A stretch of DNA of 64,000 nucleotides from Candidatus Eiseniibacteriota bacterium. Lineage in GTDB: Bacteria > Eisenbacteria > RBG-16-71-46 > CAVPCR01. The translations under genes and the position numbers were made by a program. Within the stretch, counting starts at the first letter, position 1. Every line of letters begins with the position of its first letter. Under the pieces are notes generated by a model. That model ran no database searches, was not told the origin of the DNA, and saw only the letters and a list, made by a program, of their open reading frames with translations. The DNA is taken from NCBI GenBank assembly GCA_963823555.1, contig CAWGMA010000004.1:288001-352000 (forward strand), given 5' to 3'. This document shows positions 19,961 through 30,146 of the stretch, piece by piece.

Positions 19961-20015
19961 CGCGGATCCTAGCGCATTCCGGTCCCCGCGGGCGATCTAG
20001 CGACCGCGGCGGGAA

Positions 20016-21032
20016 TCACACGTAGCGGACGTGCCGATCGGACCGGGGACCGAGATTCCACCGGGCGAGGAGAGAGCGGAACGCAGCGCGCGAGGACTGA
20101 CCGCTCACGGTGACGAGGAGGGCGCGCCAGGGTCGCCGGCGGAGCTCTTCGAGCGGGACAACAGGCGCATCGAGGATGCGCTCGCCGATCCGCCGCGGCT
20201 CGATCTCGGCGATGAACTCAGGGCGCGCGCCGATCCGCCGGAGCCACTGGCGCCAGGGGCGGGCGAACGGCGCCGCTCCCGCCAGCACGAAGCCTGGGCC
20301 ACGCATCAGATCGCCATCGAGGGTTTCGAGGTGCCTCTGCTTGAGTGCGGTGAAGGCCGCGCGACGATAGCGGGGATCGCTACGAGTCAGGCGTCGCGGC
20401 GAATCGCGCCAGGAGAGAAGAACCTCGGGCACCTTGCCGAGCGGGTGGCCGGCGGCATGGAGGCCAAGCCAGAGGTCATAGTCTTCGGGGAAGTCCCCAG
20501 CGCGATAGCCGCCGAGGTCGCGGACGATATCCGCGCGGTAGCAGACAGCGGGATGGATGAGGGGGCTCTCCACGAAGAGATCGCCGGCGATCGATTCAGG
20601 AGTGCTGTGATCGTTGGCCCAGTCGACATAGGCGCGCATGCCGGCGTTGCGCCGGCCGCCGAGGAGCTGGACCCGGCTGTCGGCGGCGACGATCGAGGGG
20701 TGGGCGCGGAGATAGGCGGCCTGGGCGCCGAGCCGATCCGGATGGGACACATCGTCGGCGTCCATGCGGGCCACGAGCGGGGCCCGGCAGAGAGAAAGAC
20801 CATGGTTCAGCGCGGCAACGATGCCCTGCGGGGGAGTGGTGACCACCCGGAGGCGGGAGTCTTCCCGGGCCCAGCGCTCGAGCAAGCCGGTGGTGCCATC
20901 CCGGCTGCCATCGTCGATGAGAATCCACTCCCAGCGGGTGAGGGTCTGCGCCCGGATGGACGCGATGGCCGCCTCGAGGTGCGGCCGGCCATCACGGACC
21001 GCCGTGAGAATGCTGACTTCCGGGTCTGGCAA
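20016..21032 (-). CDS. Glycosyltransferase family 2
   Basis: IDDGSRD, ARMDADD, EDYDLW. TTG 21032 is preferred as start because the ORF-track start (21101) overlaps the rrf2 promoter. Confidence 0.85.
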   Translation of the reverse strand: MPDPEVSILTAVRDGRPHLEAAIASIRAQTLTRWEWILIDDGSRDGTTGLLERWAREDSRLRVVTTPPQGIVAALNHGLSLCRAPLVARMDADDVSHPDRLGAQAAYLRAHPSIVAADSRVQLLGGRRNAGMRAYVDWANDHSTPESIAGDLFVESPLIHPAVCYRADIVRDLGGYRAGDFPEDYDLWLGLHAAGHPLGKVPEVLLSWRDSPRRLTRSDPRYRRAAFTALKQRHLETLDGDLMRGPGFVLAGAAPFARPWRQWLRRIGARPEFIAEIEPRRIGERILDAPVVPLEELRRRPWRALLVTVSGQSSRAAFRSLLARWNLGPRSDRHVRYV

Positions 21033-21094
21033 TGGTCGCTCGCTGGTGCCGCGGGGAGTCTGCCGGTGGCCTGGCTTCTTGCCATTCGCCGATC

Positions 21095-21123
21095 TTGACA
21101 CTCGATATGCTGGATATTAGGAT
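21095..21123 (+). promoter_or_regulatory. Sigma70 promoter of the rrf2 gene
   Basis: TTGACA-17 bp-TAGGAT. Confidence 0.7.
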
Positions 21124-21211
21124 GACCAGGTGTTCAATTGGGTGCGAGGCGGCATTCGCCGTCCCTACCGCACCTTCGGCGCCGACGAAATGCTGACATG
21201 GGCCAGGATCA

Positions 21212-21634
21212 ATGATCTCGCAAACCGCCGAATACGCCATTCGCGCTCTGGGTTACATCGCCTCCCAGGGGGGGGAGCGCCGCATCCTGGCGCGTGAGAT
21301 CTCCCAGGAACTCAACGTCCCTGCCAACTACCTGTCGAAGATCCTGCACCATCTGGCCCGCTCGCGCATCCTCTCCTCGGCGCGAGGCGCCAGCGGTGGG
21401 TTCTCGCTGGCCCTCGATCCCGAGAGCGTCACTCTCCTCGATATCGTGAACCTCTTCGACGGGACGGCCACGCGCCGCGAGTGCTTTCTCGGGCAGGCGA
21501 TCTGCTCGGATGAGGACCCGTGTCACGTGCATCACCGCTGGAAGCCGGTGATCACGTCCTACCTCGAATTCCTCGGGCAGATGACGCTCGCCGAGATGGC
21601 GCGCCGCCCGCCCGACGCGCCGATCCAGCCCTAG
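21212..21634 (+). CDS. Rrf2-family transcriptional regulator with 3-Cys Fe-S motif
   Basis: EYAIRAL, YLSKIL, S.RG..GGF.L, CFLGQAICSDEDPC. Confidence 0.92.
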   Translation: MISQTAEYAIRALGYIASQGGERRILAREISQELNVPANYLSKILHHLARSRILSSARGASGGFSLALDPESVTLLDIVNLFDGTATRRECFLGQAICSDEDPCHVHHRWKPVITSYLEFLGQMTLAEMARRPPDAPIQP

Positions 21635-21660
21635 TCGGGTATCTATCGCCTCGGTCCGGG

Positions 21661-24104
21661 TCAGCCCTGGGCTGACTCGAGCGCCAGCTTCACGCCGGAC
21701 TCGCCGCGCTCGCCAGCGGCGAACGCCTGGATGTACCGGCGCACCGCCTGATACTGCGCGGCGCCGTCGAGTCCCGCTTCCTCCAGCACCTTGTACGCCT
21801 GGCCGCTTCCTGAATAGCGCCCCTTCGCGAATGCGTGCAGGCTCAGGGCGCGCCCTTCCTCCGAGGTGATCCAACGGTACATTGTGGGAAGCGTGAATCC
21901 CGTGATGCCCATGGCCTCGCGGGCGCGCGCGGCCGGGAAGATGCTCTGGCGTTCGGCCAGCGGTAACCGGTCGAACAGGCCGGGGCTCGTCACCAGGTAG
22001 ATGTTCATGCGAAAACCGTCGCGATCCAGTTGCGGCAGGACCTCGTCGACGAACGCGTAGACGACGCCGCTCTCCTGAAGGACGATCGTGCCGTGGTACG
22101 GCTTCGCGTCAGGATCGGCGGTGCGCAGAGCGTAGAGGCCCTTGGCCGCCGCGGTCGCCGGCGGGATCGAGAGCGCCGCGCGGTCCGGGACCTCTTCATT
22201 CGGGCGGGTGACGAAGGGCGCGAGCACAGCCGGTCGAGCCTTGAGGCCGGCGATGACGAGCGGCCACAGCTCCTGGGGTTCCCATGGCGTGAGGGTGATG
22301 CACACCCCCTCCGGGAAGTTCTCTTGCAGGAGCTGCAGCGCCTGCGGATCAGCGTGCGTCGGGCCATCCTCCCCGGTCTTGAGTCCGGCGTGAGCGCAGA
22401 CCATGATGAAGGTGTGCAGGGGATCACCGAAGGTCTCGTGACGCGCCTGCTGGCCGATACCGTGCAGGCGGGCCGCAACGTGCTCGAGCGCCGCGATGAA
22501 AGCCGCATAGGACGAACCGGCACCGATGTGAACGCCATAGGAGGCGAGTCCACCGAGCATCGCGCCGATCGAATCCTCACAGATGCCGCCGCCGGCGATG
22601 AGTCGGGTGCCGGCGTTCGAGCGGGCGTGATAGAAACCCTCGGCGAAACCCTGGTTCAGGTTGGCAACGCTCGTCGATCCGAGGAGATCCGCCGCTGCAC
22701 CGATGATCGCGCCGCGTGTGGCCCGGTTCACGTACCCGAGAGCGTCTCCGAGCGCGCCGCGCAGCGTGGTCTTCTTTCCGGGCGGTAGCGTGAGCTCGTC
22801 CGGAATCGATTCGACCTGGATCTCACTGCCATAGAGCGGCTTCAGATCCGGGGCTCCCGCCCGCGGTCTACGACCGTGCTGGACGAGGCGTTTCTTCCTG
22901 GCCTCGAGATGAGCCGCAAGTCGCGGCCCGAAGTCGCTCTTCTCGATCACTTGCCGGAAGACCAGAAGGGTGTTCCAGAACGTGCGCTCCACGTTCTCCG
23001 GCGAGTCGTCTCCTTGATGTCGCGGGAACTTCACGCCGAAGGTCTTCTCGGCTTCGGCCAGTGCGCCGTAGTATCCCTCCGAACAGAACTTGTGCCCGGC
23101 GCCGTGCGAGACACGCCCCTCGATCCCGTAGTGCCATCCCTTGATGGTGCGATAGACGATGGCGCTCGGCTGGTCGTTCGGGTGATGCCGGGCGAGGGTG
23201 ACGGCGGCGAGGACCTGGTGGAGGTCGCGGCCGTCATCGACACGGTAGACGTTCCAGTCGTGAAGATAGGCGAACTCGACGGGATCCCACTGCACGTACT
23301 CGCCTGGCACATCACCGTCGCGGCAGACGTGGTTGGAGTCGATCGAGGCCTGGTTCCAGTCGATGTGGATCGTGGCATTGGAGAGCCCGGCCGTGGCTGC
23401 GGTGGCGAACGCCTCAGCGACCCGCCCGGGCGTCATGCCGCCCTCGCCCTCCAGGAGATGGACCTGGGGTGCGTGGTCGGGCCCATAGGTGTCGATGGCG
23501 CCGAGCGCGAGCCCGATCGCCGCCGGGACTCCCACCCCCGAGGCTCCGGTGGCCAGACGCACACCGGGAGTTGCCGGAGTGGGATGGCCATCGAGCGCCT
23601 TGGAGCGGAACGATTCGAAGAGCGGCGTGCGGTTGGTCGGGTTGCGGCGGAACCCGAGGAGGTCCTCGAGGCGAAGCTGGTGTCGCTCGGCGCGCGGCAA
23701 GAGCGGGGGGAGCCGGCGCGCACGACCTCGTTGCGCAGCGCCCACATGGCGTAGAGGCCCATGGCCTTGTGCCCGGCGGCATAGACCAGGACATCATTGG
23801 CCGGGTCGTCGGGGTTGGAGAAGTCGTAGTCGAGGCCGGCGAAGAGCAGCGCGGCGACGATGCGCCCGGAGGATATGGATCCGCCAGGATGACCTGAAGT
23901 CGGCACGAAGTTGTAGAGCACCGCGCAGAGGGCACGGTAGAGCATGTCATAGCGTTCGAGATCGCCGACCAGGGCCGGGTCGGGGCGCGGCACGCCTGAG
24001 GGCAGGGATCCGGAGGCCAGGAGGTCGGCGACCGGAACAAAGACGGCCCGGCGCGGGCCGAGCTCGAAGGGGCGCGAGGGAATACTGGCGCTGGCGTGGT
24101 TCAT
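21661..24104 (-). CDS. Divergent single-chain transketolase-like ThDP enzyme (one frameshift at the G6 run, about 23705-23710)
   Basis: SGHPGGSIS, AAGHKA, LDGHP, TIKG, AADLLGST, GEDGPTH. N-terminal part is in ORF 23433-24503 and the rest in ORF 21661-23745. Confidence 0.8.
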
Positions 24105-24237
24105 AGTCGGTTTCCTTCCCAACGCCAGGTCGCCTGAGATGGGTGACTGGAAGGAGACTAGCTCAATTGCAGCTCCCAGGCAAGAACAGGTAGCCCGGCT
24201 GGTCATCGAGCTCTCCAGCGACGAGCCCCGGGTTTGC

Positions 24238-25572
24238 CTAGCGAATGAGGACCAGGCGGCTGGTCTGCTCGTCACGGCCGGCGATGAGATGGCAAGTGTA
24301 GACTCCACTGGCCACAGATCGTCCGCCCTGATCCCGGCCATCCCACGGTAACGAGTGGATACCGGCCTCCTCCGGCTCCTGTTCGACGAGGCGCCGTACG
24401 AGGCGACCCGATGCATCGTGGATGGTGAGGTTGACCGTCGCCGCAGCGGGGAGTTCGTAGCGGATTGTGGTCTGCGGGTTGAACGGATTCGGACTGGCGA
24501 CAAGCGCCAGATTGGACATCACCGCGGGGGCGGGTGAGTCGATGATCGCCATCGAAGCCTCCGGCGTGAGAAGCAGCGGACCACTCTGCCCGGTGGTTGG
24601 ATTGCTCCCCCAGACCACCATGTGGCGCGCGTTGTTGATGGCGGCGCCGAAGCTGTTGAGCAGGTACCAGTGCCCCACTTCCGGCACGACCAGATCCTCG
24701 ATCAGAAACGTGCCCACTCCTTCCAAGGTGACATAGTTGGCGAGGTTGAGCCGCATGATCACGTCGCCCCGGTCATTCATGTCACAGGCCGTGTTGTAGG
24801 GCCCGCAAGTGCTGAGGATCTGCCACCCCGCCCCATCGGAATAGCGGGCCGCCTGGCGATCGCAGTTGGTGCTGGTCGCCAGGATCGCAGTACCTGCCAC
24901 CTGTCCCGATTCGTTGATCGCCACCGCTCGCGTGGCAAGGTAGCGGGGGCCCCCAGGTATGTCGGGTATGCCCAGATCCTCGGTGATCATGGTGTCGAGG
25001 TCCAGCCGCTTGGCAGTGAAGGATTGATCCACGAGGATTCGTCCATCATTGATGTCGACGGGATCGAAGATCCCGGTCGCCGACAGGTCCAGCACACCGC
25101 CGGGAGCGGTGAAGAGCACTGGATACCGGTAGGTTCCATCGGAGGAGTAGCCGACGATATCCCCGACGTTGTTGACAGCCGTGGCCCGGCTGACGGCCTG
25201 TCCAGCCAGTTCCCCGAGGAGCCGGACCGTGTATCCCCCCTGCCCGTCCCGCTCCCAGGCAGCCGCCTTGCCATTGAACTCGGGTGAAGTCAGAGGGCTC
25301 ACGGCGCCGACGATCACCCCGTCCTCATTGAGGTCGAGGGCGTTGCTGCTGGCCATACCGGCCGGCAAGGGAAGCAGCTCCAGAGGCCCATCCGGGCGAA
25401 CCACCAGGCCCCTTTCCGCGCCCCCGGCGGTGACCCGCCCCAGGATCTCGCCGCTTTCGTTGATCCGGCCGGGAATGAAGTCCCCCAGGAACTGGGCGGA
25501 ATACCGCGGCTGAGCGGCAGCGACCGATGGTAGAAGTAGCAGGGAAATCACCAGTTCGAAGAGCCGGCGCAT
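24238..25572 (-). CDS. Secreted HAF-like repeat protein with C-terminal FlgD-Ig/T9SS-type domain
   Basis: Signal peptide; repeated A..IN..G.IVG motifs; PNPFNP.T.I.Y...D.SGRLVR.L...WDGRD..G..VASGVY tail. Confidence 0.82.
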   Translation of the reverse strand: MRRLFELVISLLLLPSVAAAQPRYSAQFLGDFIPGRINESGEILGRVTAGGAERGLVVRPDGPLELLPLPAGMASSNALDLNEDGVIVGAVSPLTSPEFNGKAAAWERDGQGGYTVRLLGELAGQAVSRATAVNNVGDIVGYSSDGTYRYPVLFTAPGGVLDLSATGIFDPVDINDGRILVDQSFTAKRLDLDTMITEDLGIPDIPGGPRYLATRAVAINESGQVAGTAILATSTNCDRQAARYSDGAGWQILSTCGPYNTACDMNDRGDVIMRLNLANYVTLEGVGTFLIEDLVVPEVGHWYLLNSFGAAINNARHMVVWGSNPTTGQSGPLLLTPEASMAIIDSPAPAVMSNLALVASPNPFNPQTTIRYELPAAATVNLTIHDASGRLVRRLVEQEPEEAGIHSLPWDGRDQGGRSVASGVYTCHLIAGRDEQTSRLVLIR

Positions 25573-25660
25573 GGTCAGTACCTCGAGGTGGGTTGTCTTT
25601 GCTCGATTCCGGGATACAATCAGGATACAGAGGCCTGCCGGGTGAGGGAAATACCCGAGA

Positions 25661-26566
25661 TCAGCGTGGCGGGTCTCGCACGGCCTCCAGGTCCAGCGAT
25701 TCCAGGAACTCGCGGACAACGGCGCCGACATCCCGCCCCTCGCCATCCACCGCGTAGTTCATCCGCCGCATCTGGTCGGCCGAGATGCGCCCCGCCAGCT
25801 GCTCCAGAGCCGCACGCACCTCCGGGTGCCGCCGCAGGGTCTCCGCCCGCGCGATGGGAACGGCTTCGTAGGGCGGGAAGTAGTGACGGTCGTCCTCCAG
25901 CACCGCCAGGTCGAGGGCCATGATCGGTCCATCCGTCGAATTGCCGGCCACGAGGTCGACCTGGTGTTCGGCCAGCGCCCGGTAGAGGAGTCCCAGATCC
26001 ATGATCCGTGGCGGAGCGGCGAAGTGCCATCCATAGGCCTTTGCCAGACCCGGGTAGCCGTCCGGCCGCTCGAGGAACTCGTAGCCGAAACCCGCCCGCC
26101 ACTCCGGGGTGTGCTGCGCTGCGTCCGAGAGGGTTCGCAGGCCCAGTCGGCGTGCGTCCTCGCCGCGCACCACGAGGGCGAAGGTGTTCTCGAATCCCAG
26201 TGACGGGGTGACGGCAAGTCCGAACTGCGATGCATAACCCTGCTGCACGATATGAAACGCCTGCGCTGCATCGTGAACGACCGGTTCCTTGAGAATGACG
26301 GTGAGCGCCGTCCCGGTGTACTCGACATAGGCGTCGATGCGGCCCGAGACCAGCGCCTGGTGGGCGATATACGTTCCTCCCAGGTAGAAGCGTCTCTCGG
26401 TCTTGATCCCGGTGCGCGTTTCGATGTGCTGGGCGAGAAGCTCGCTGAGCACGACCTGCTCGGTGAAGTTCTTCGAGCCGATGACGATGCGATCGTCTCG
26501 CCCGCGGCCGCAGGCCGCGACGAGGAGCCCCAGCGAGAGGAGGCAGGCGGCCCGGATGGTCGTCAT
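25661..26566 (-). CDS. OpuC/OsmF/EgtU-like quaternary-amine ABC substrate-binding lipoprotein
   Basis: Lipobox VAACG; GSKNFTEQ, EYTGT, NTFAL, EF.ER.DG, LEDD..YFPPY. Confidence 0.9.
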   Translation of the reverse strand: MTTIRAACLLSLGLLVAACGRGRDDRIVIGSKNFTEQVVLSELLAQHIETRTGIKTERRFYLGGTYIAHQALVSGRIDAYVEYTGTALTVILKEPVVHDAAQAFHIVQQGYASQFGLAVTPSLGFENTFALVVRGEDARRLGLRTLSDAAQHTPEWRAGFGYEFLERPDGYPGLAKAYGWHFAAPPRIMDLGLLYRALAEHQVDLVAGNSTDGPIMALDLAVLEDDRHYFPPYEAVPIARAETLRRHPEVRAALEQLAGRISADQMRRMNYAVDGEGRDVGAVVREFLESLDLEAVRDPPR

Positions 26567-27210
26567 CGTTGCACTCGCAGGCGGCGCTCGGCCACGCCGA
26601 GAAGAGCATCCACGAGCAAGGCCAGAAGGGCGGCGGGCACGGCGCCGGCCAGGATCAGGGGGTTGGAGACGGACGCCAGTCCGCGAAAGATGAACTCCCC
26701 CAGACCGCCGGCGCCGACGGCGGCGGCAATGGTGGCGACACCGACGCTCGTCACCGCCGCGACGCGAATGCCGGCCAGGATCACCGCCATGGCCAGGGGC
26801 AGTTCGACCTCGAGCAGGAGCTGGAGGTCCGTCATGCCCATGCCCACCGCGGCCTCGCGGACAGCAGGATCGATGCCTCGGATTCCGGTATAGGTGTTGC
26901 GGAGAATGGGAAGCAGTGCATAGAGCGTGAGGGCCACGATCGCCAGCCGATCGGCCCGCGCGCCCAGCCACGGCAACGGCAAGAGGAAGCCGAAGAGAGC
27001 CAGACTGGGCACGGTCTGCATGATGTTGGCGCCGCCCAGGATGAGCTTGCTCAGAGCTCCTGAGGGCCCCGGCCGCCGGACCAGGACGACACCCAGGGGT
27101 ACCCCGATCAGGATCGCGAACAGCATCGACACGCCCACCAGCCACAGATGTTCGGCCGCGAGCGTCATGATCTGGCTCATGTTGCTGCGAACAAAGCTCA
27201 CCGCATCCAC
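26563..27210 (-). CDS. Quaternary-amine ABC transporter permease
   Basis: QTVPSLAL, EAA.GMGM, GAGGLG. Confidence 0.9.
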   Translation of the reverse strand: MDAVSFVRSNMSQIMTLAAEHLWLVGVSMLFAILIGVPLGVVLVRRPGPSGALSKLILGGANIMQTVPSLALFGFLLPLPWLGARADRLAIVALTLYALLPILRNTYTGIRGIDPAVREAAVGMGMTDLQLLLEVELPLAMAVILAGIRVAAVTSVGVATIAAAVGAGGLGEFIFRGLASVSNPLILAGAVPAALLALLVDALLGVAERRLRVQR

Positions 27211-27231
27211 GGCGACACAGCCCTCCTCTCC

Positions 27232-28041
27232 TTAGCGGTCCGGTTTCGGCCCCAGAGCGAAGGCGGAAACGTACGCCGCCGCCACCGGATCGCTCGTGCT
27301 CATGAACTCATCGGGCGAGAAGATCCCGGACAGCCTGCCATCTTCGAGCAGCGCGATCCGCGTGCCCAGGAGAAGAGCTTCGCGCAGATCATGGGTCACG
27401 AAGACCACTGTCTTGCGCAATCGGTTCTTCAAGTTCCTGAACTGCTGCTGGAGATCCGCACGGGTGATGGCGTCGAGCGCTCCGAATGGTTCATCCATGA
27501 GCAGGAGTTCCGGGTTCGCAGCGAGGGCTCGGGCCACGCCGACACGCTGCCGCTGCCCGCCGGAAAGAGCGCGGGGATAGCGCCGCGAGAACTCGCCGGG
27601 GTCGAGCCCCACCAACTCGAGCATCTCCTCGACGCGTGCCCTGACGCGGGGGGCCGGCCAGCGCGCGAGCCGGGGCACGATGCCGACATTCCGCTCGACC
27701 GTGAAATGCGGCAAGAGGCCCGTGTCCTGGATGACGTAGCCGGTGCGTCGCCGGAGCGCAATCGGATCCCAGTCCCGTGTCGATACGCCCTCGACCATCA
27801 CCTGTCCGCTCGTCGGTTCGAGCAGCCGGTTGATCAGCTTGAGCGCGGTGGTCTTCCCGGAACCGCTGCGGCCGAGGAGGATGAGGGTCTCCCCCCTGCG
27901 AATCTCGAGGTGCAGTTCGTGCAGGATCGGTTTGACGGCGCCGCTGTCCGGGACAGGCACCGCAAAGCTCGCGGCGCGAAACTCGACCTCGATCGGAGCG
28001 GGATCATCCACAGCAGCAAAGCTAACAAGCAGCGCTCGCAA
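27232..28041 (-). CDS. Quaternary-amine ABC transporter ATPase (no CBS domains)
   Basis: GRSGSGKTT, LSGGQRQR, LLMDEPFGALD. Start could be GTG 28011. Confidence 0.9.
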   Translation of the reverse strand: MRALLVSFAAVDDPAPIEVEFRAASFAVPVPDSGAVKPILHELHLEIRRGETLILLGRSGSGKTTALKLINRLLEPTSGQVMVEGVSTRDWDPIALRRRTGYVIQDTGLLPHFTVERNVGIVPRLARWPAPRVRARVEEMLELVGLDPGEFSRRYPRALSGGQRQRVGVARALAANPELLLMDEPFGALDAITRADLQQQFRNLKNRLRKTVVFVTHDLREALLLGTRIALLEDGRLSGIFSPDEFMSTSDPVAAAYVSAFALGPKPDR

Positions 28042-28044
28042 GTG

Positions 28045-28614
28045 TCAATCGAGAGAGATGTTCTCGCGTCCGAAACGCAGGGTTCGAGCCATCCAGATCA
28101 GCTCCTTGAGGAACTTGTCGATCCTTCGATGATAGGACTGGTCCTGGATCCGGCCTTCGGCGTCGAAGATATCCTGGACCTTCGAGAAGTTCACATCCCA
28201 GAAGATGGTGACCAGCCCCAGTTCCCTCATCACCGGCAGCAGGTTCTGGATGACGCGCGTGCCACCAAAGGACCCCTTCGACACTCCCACGAGGCCCACG
28301 GCCTTGTGGATGTACTCCTTGAGGCAGCTGTCGAGCACGTGCTTGAGTAGACCTGGATATCCGTGGTTGTACTCCGGAGCCACGATGATGAGTGCGTCCG
28401 CGCGGCTCATCCGGGCTGAGAAATCGGCATCCTTGATGTTCTCTCCGGCGTCGTTCGTGGGCAGCCGAAGGTCGGCGATGTCGATCAGCTCGGTCTCCAT
28501 CCGTGGGTGCTTCTCGAGTTCGGATAGCACGAGGTGGGCGGGGTGAATGCTCATCCGGCCGCGACGTGCCGTACCGAGGATGACTGGGATGTAGAGTGGA
28601 CGATCGTGGAGCAT
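28045..28614 (-). CDS. NADPH-dependent FMN reductase
   Basis: LGTAR..R.S, PEYNHGYPG.LK..LD, S.G.FGG. Confidence 0.88.
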   Translation of the reverse strand: MLHDRPLYIPVILGTARRGRMSIHPAHLVLSELEKHPRMETELIDIADLRLPTNDAGENIKDADFSARMSRADALIIVAPEYNHGYPGLLKHVLDSCLKEYIHKAVGLVGVSKGSFGGTRVIQNLLPVMRELGLVTIFWDVNFSKVQDIFDAEGRIQDQSYHRRIDKFLKELIWMARTLRFGRENISLD

Positions 28615-28696
28615 GCTTCGTATCCTCCCAAGAGCGTGATATCCAGACCCGGGATACGACAATCCCGGGGCTCACGCGCCCGAATGACGCCAGGAG

Positions 28697-28725
28697 TTGA
28701 CATATGAAGAGGAGACGGGCAAGCT
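28697..28725 (+). promoter_or_regulatory. Possible sigma70 promoter of the egt operon
   Basis: TTGACA-17 bp-CAAGCT, about 70 bp upstream of ATG 28798. Confidence 0.4.
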
Positions 28726-28797
28726 GGCATCTCCCCCCCCAGTCATCACTGCCGCCTGCATCTTTCTCCCCTGGGACGCAGGACGCGGAAGCGAGTC

Positions 28798-30126
28798 ATG
28801 ATACCTGTCTCAGCATCCCGGATCAGCCTTCACCATCTCCAGGCGCGAATGGACGATGCGCGGGAGCGGACCGACGATCTCTTCCGTCTGGTTCGGCCGG
28901 AAGCGCTCCATGATCGACCCATCCCCGAGCGTCATCGCATCCTCTTCTACATCGGTCATCTCGAGGCCTTCGACTGGAACCTGATCGGGGGACATGTTCT
29001 GGGCCTCGAGTCGCCGCATGCGGCTCTTGATCGTCTCTTTGCCTTCGGCATCGACCCGGTCGGTGGCCATCTGCCCACCGACCGCCCCGAGGACTGGCCG
29101 CGGCTCGATGAGGTTCACGGCTACGCCAAGCGAACGCGGAGCGCCATCGATGCTGCCCTCGCCGCCCCCGCGGCCCCCGGGACGCCGCTCCTCGATGACG
29201 GGGCCGCGCTCAACGTGGCTATCGAGCATCGGCTCATGCACGCCGAGACGCTCGCTTACATGCTTCATCAGCTCGCGTTCGATCGCAAGCGGATCGATGC
29301 GATCGCAGCCCCGGCCGCCGCTGCCGTGTCCCCGGAACCGAAATCCATGATCGAGATTCCCGCCGGCACCGCGCTGCTCGGCCTGCGCCGGGACAGCGGG
29401 ATCTTCGGCTGGGACAACGAGTACGAGGCGCACCAGGTGGATGTGCCGGCGTTCGCCATCGATGCCGCCAAGGTCACGAACGGCGAGTTCCTCGAGTTCG
29501 TGACATCCGGAGGCTATGAGGAGGCGGCGTTGTGGTCGGAATCCGACCGGGCCTGGATCCGGGATTCCGCACGGAAGCATCCCAGCTTCTGGGTTGCGAG
29601 AGGAGGTTCCTTCAGCTATCGCGCGATGGGCGGCGAAGTGCCGCTTCCGCTCGCGGCTCCGGTGTATGTGAGTCACGCCGAGGCCGCGGCATACGCGCGC
29701 TGGTGCGGGAAGCGACTGCCAACCGAGGCTCAGTGGCATCGCGCGACCTTCGGCACTCCCGAGGGGGCGGAACGTCCCTATCCCTGGGGCGCGGATTCCC
29801 CCAGCTCACGATTCGGCAATTTCGACTTCCACTCCTGGGATCCGTTGCCAGCCGCTTCCTTCGCGGCCGGGGCGAGTGCCTGGGGGGTGCGCGATCTCGT
29901 CGGCAACGGCTGGGAATGGACGCGCACGGTCTTCGGCCCGTGGCCCGGATTCACCCCATTTGCCTTCTATCCTGGGTACTCGGCTGACTTCTTCGACGAC
30001 AAGCACTTCGTCATGAAGGGCGGTTCCCCGCGCACGGCGGCCTGTCTTCTCCGGCGCTCGTTCCGCAACTGGTTCCAGGCGCACTACGGATTCGCTTACG
30101 CCGGGTTCCGTTGCGTCGAGGATTGA
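28798..30126 (+). CDS. egtB: Sulfoxide synthase of the EgtB/OvoA family (DinB plus FGE-sulfatase domains)
   Basis: Iron ligands GH...H-x3-H (IEHRLMHAE), FGWDNE, RLPTEAQW, GNGWEW, FRNWF, GFRC; next to egtD. Confidence 0.85.
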   Translation: MIPVSASRISLHHLQARMDDARERTDDLFRLVRPEALHDRPIPERHRILFYIGHLEAFDWNLIGGHVLGLESPHAALDRLFAFGIDPVGGHLPTDRPEDWPRLDEVHGYAKRTRSAIDAALAAPAAPGTPLLDDGAALNVAIEHRLMHAETLAYMLHQLAFDRKRIDAIAAPAAAAVSPEPKSMIEIPAGTALLGLRRDSGIFGWDNEYEAHQVDVPAFAIDAAKVTNGEFLEFVTSGGYEEAALWSESDRAWIRDSARKHPSFWVARGGSFSYRAMGGEVPLPLAAPVYVSHAEAAAYARWCGKRLPTEAQWHRATFGTPEGAERPYPWGADSPSSRFGNFDFHSWDPLPAASFAAGASAWGVRDLVGNGWEWTRTVFGPWPGFTPFAFYPGYSADFFDDKHFVMKGGSPRTAACLLRRSFRNWFQAHYGFAYAGFRCVED

Positions 30127-30146
30127 GTCCCTTCCCCGGAGGTGCC

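Noticed and set aside
23700..23715. Phase variation or programmed frameshift at the G6 run
   Set aside because: The run is short and the window has many similar homopolymer indels, so assembly error is simpler.
28798..30126. Selenoneine synthase SenA or full ovothiol synthase OvoA
   Set aside because: No senB or selD nearby, and no C-terminal methyltransferase domain as in OvoA. Adjacent egtD and cysE/cysK favour a sulfur/hercynine pathway.
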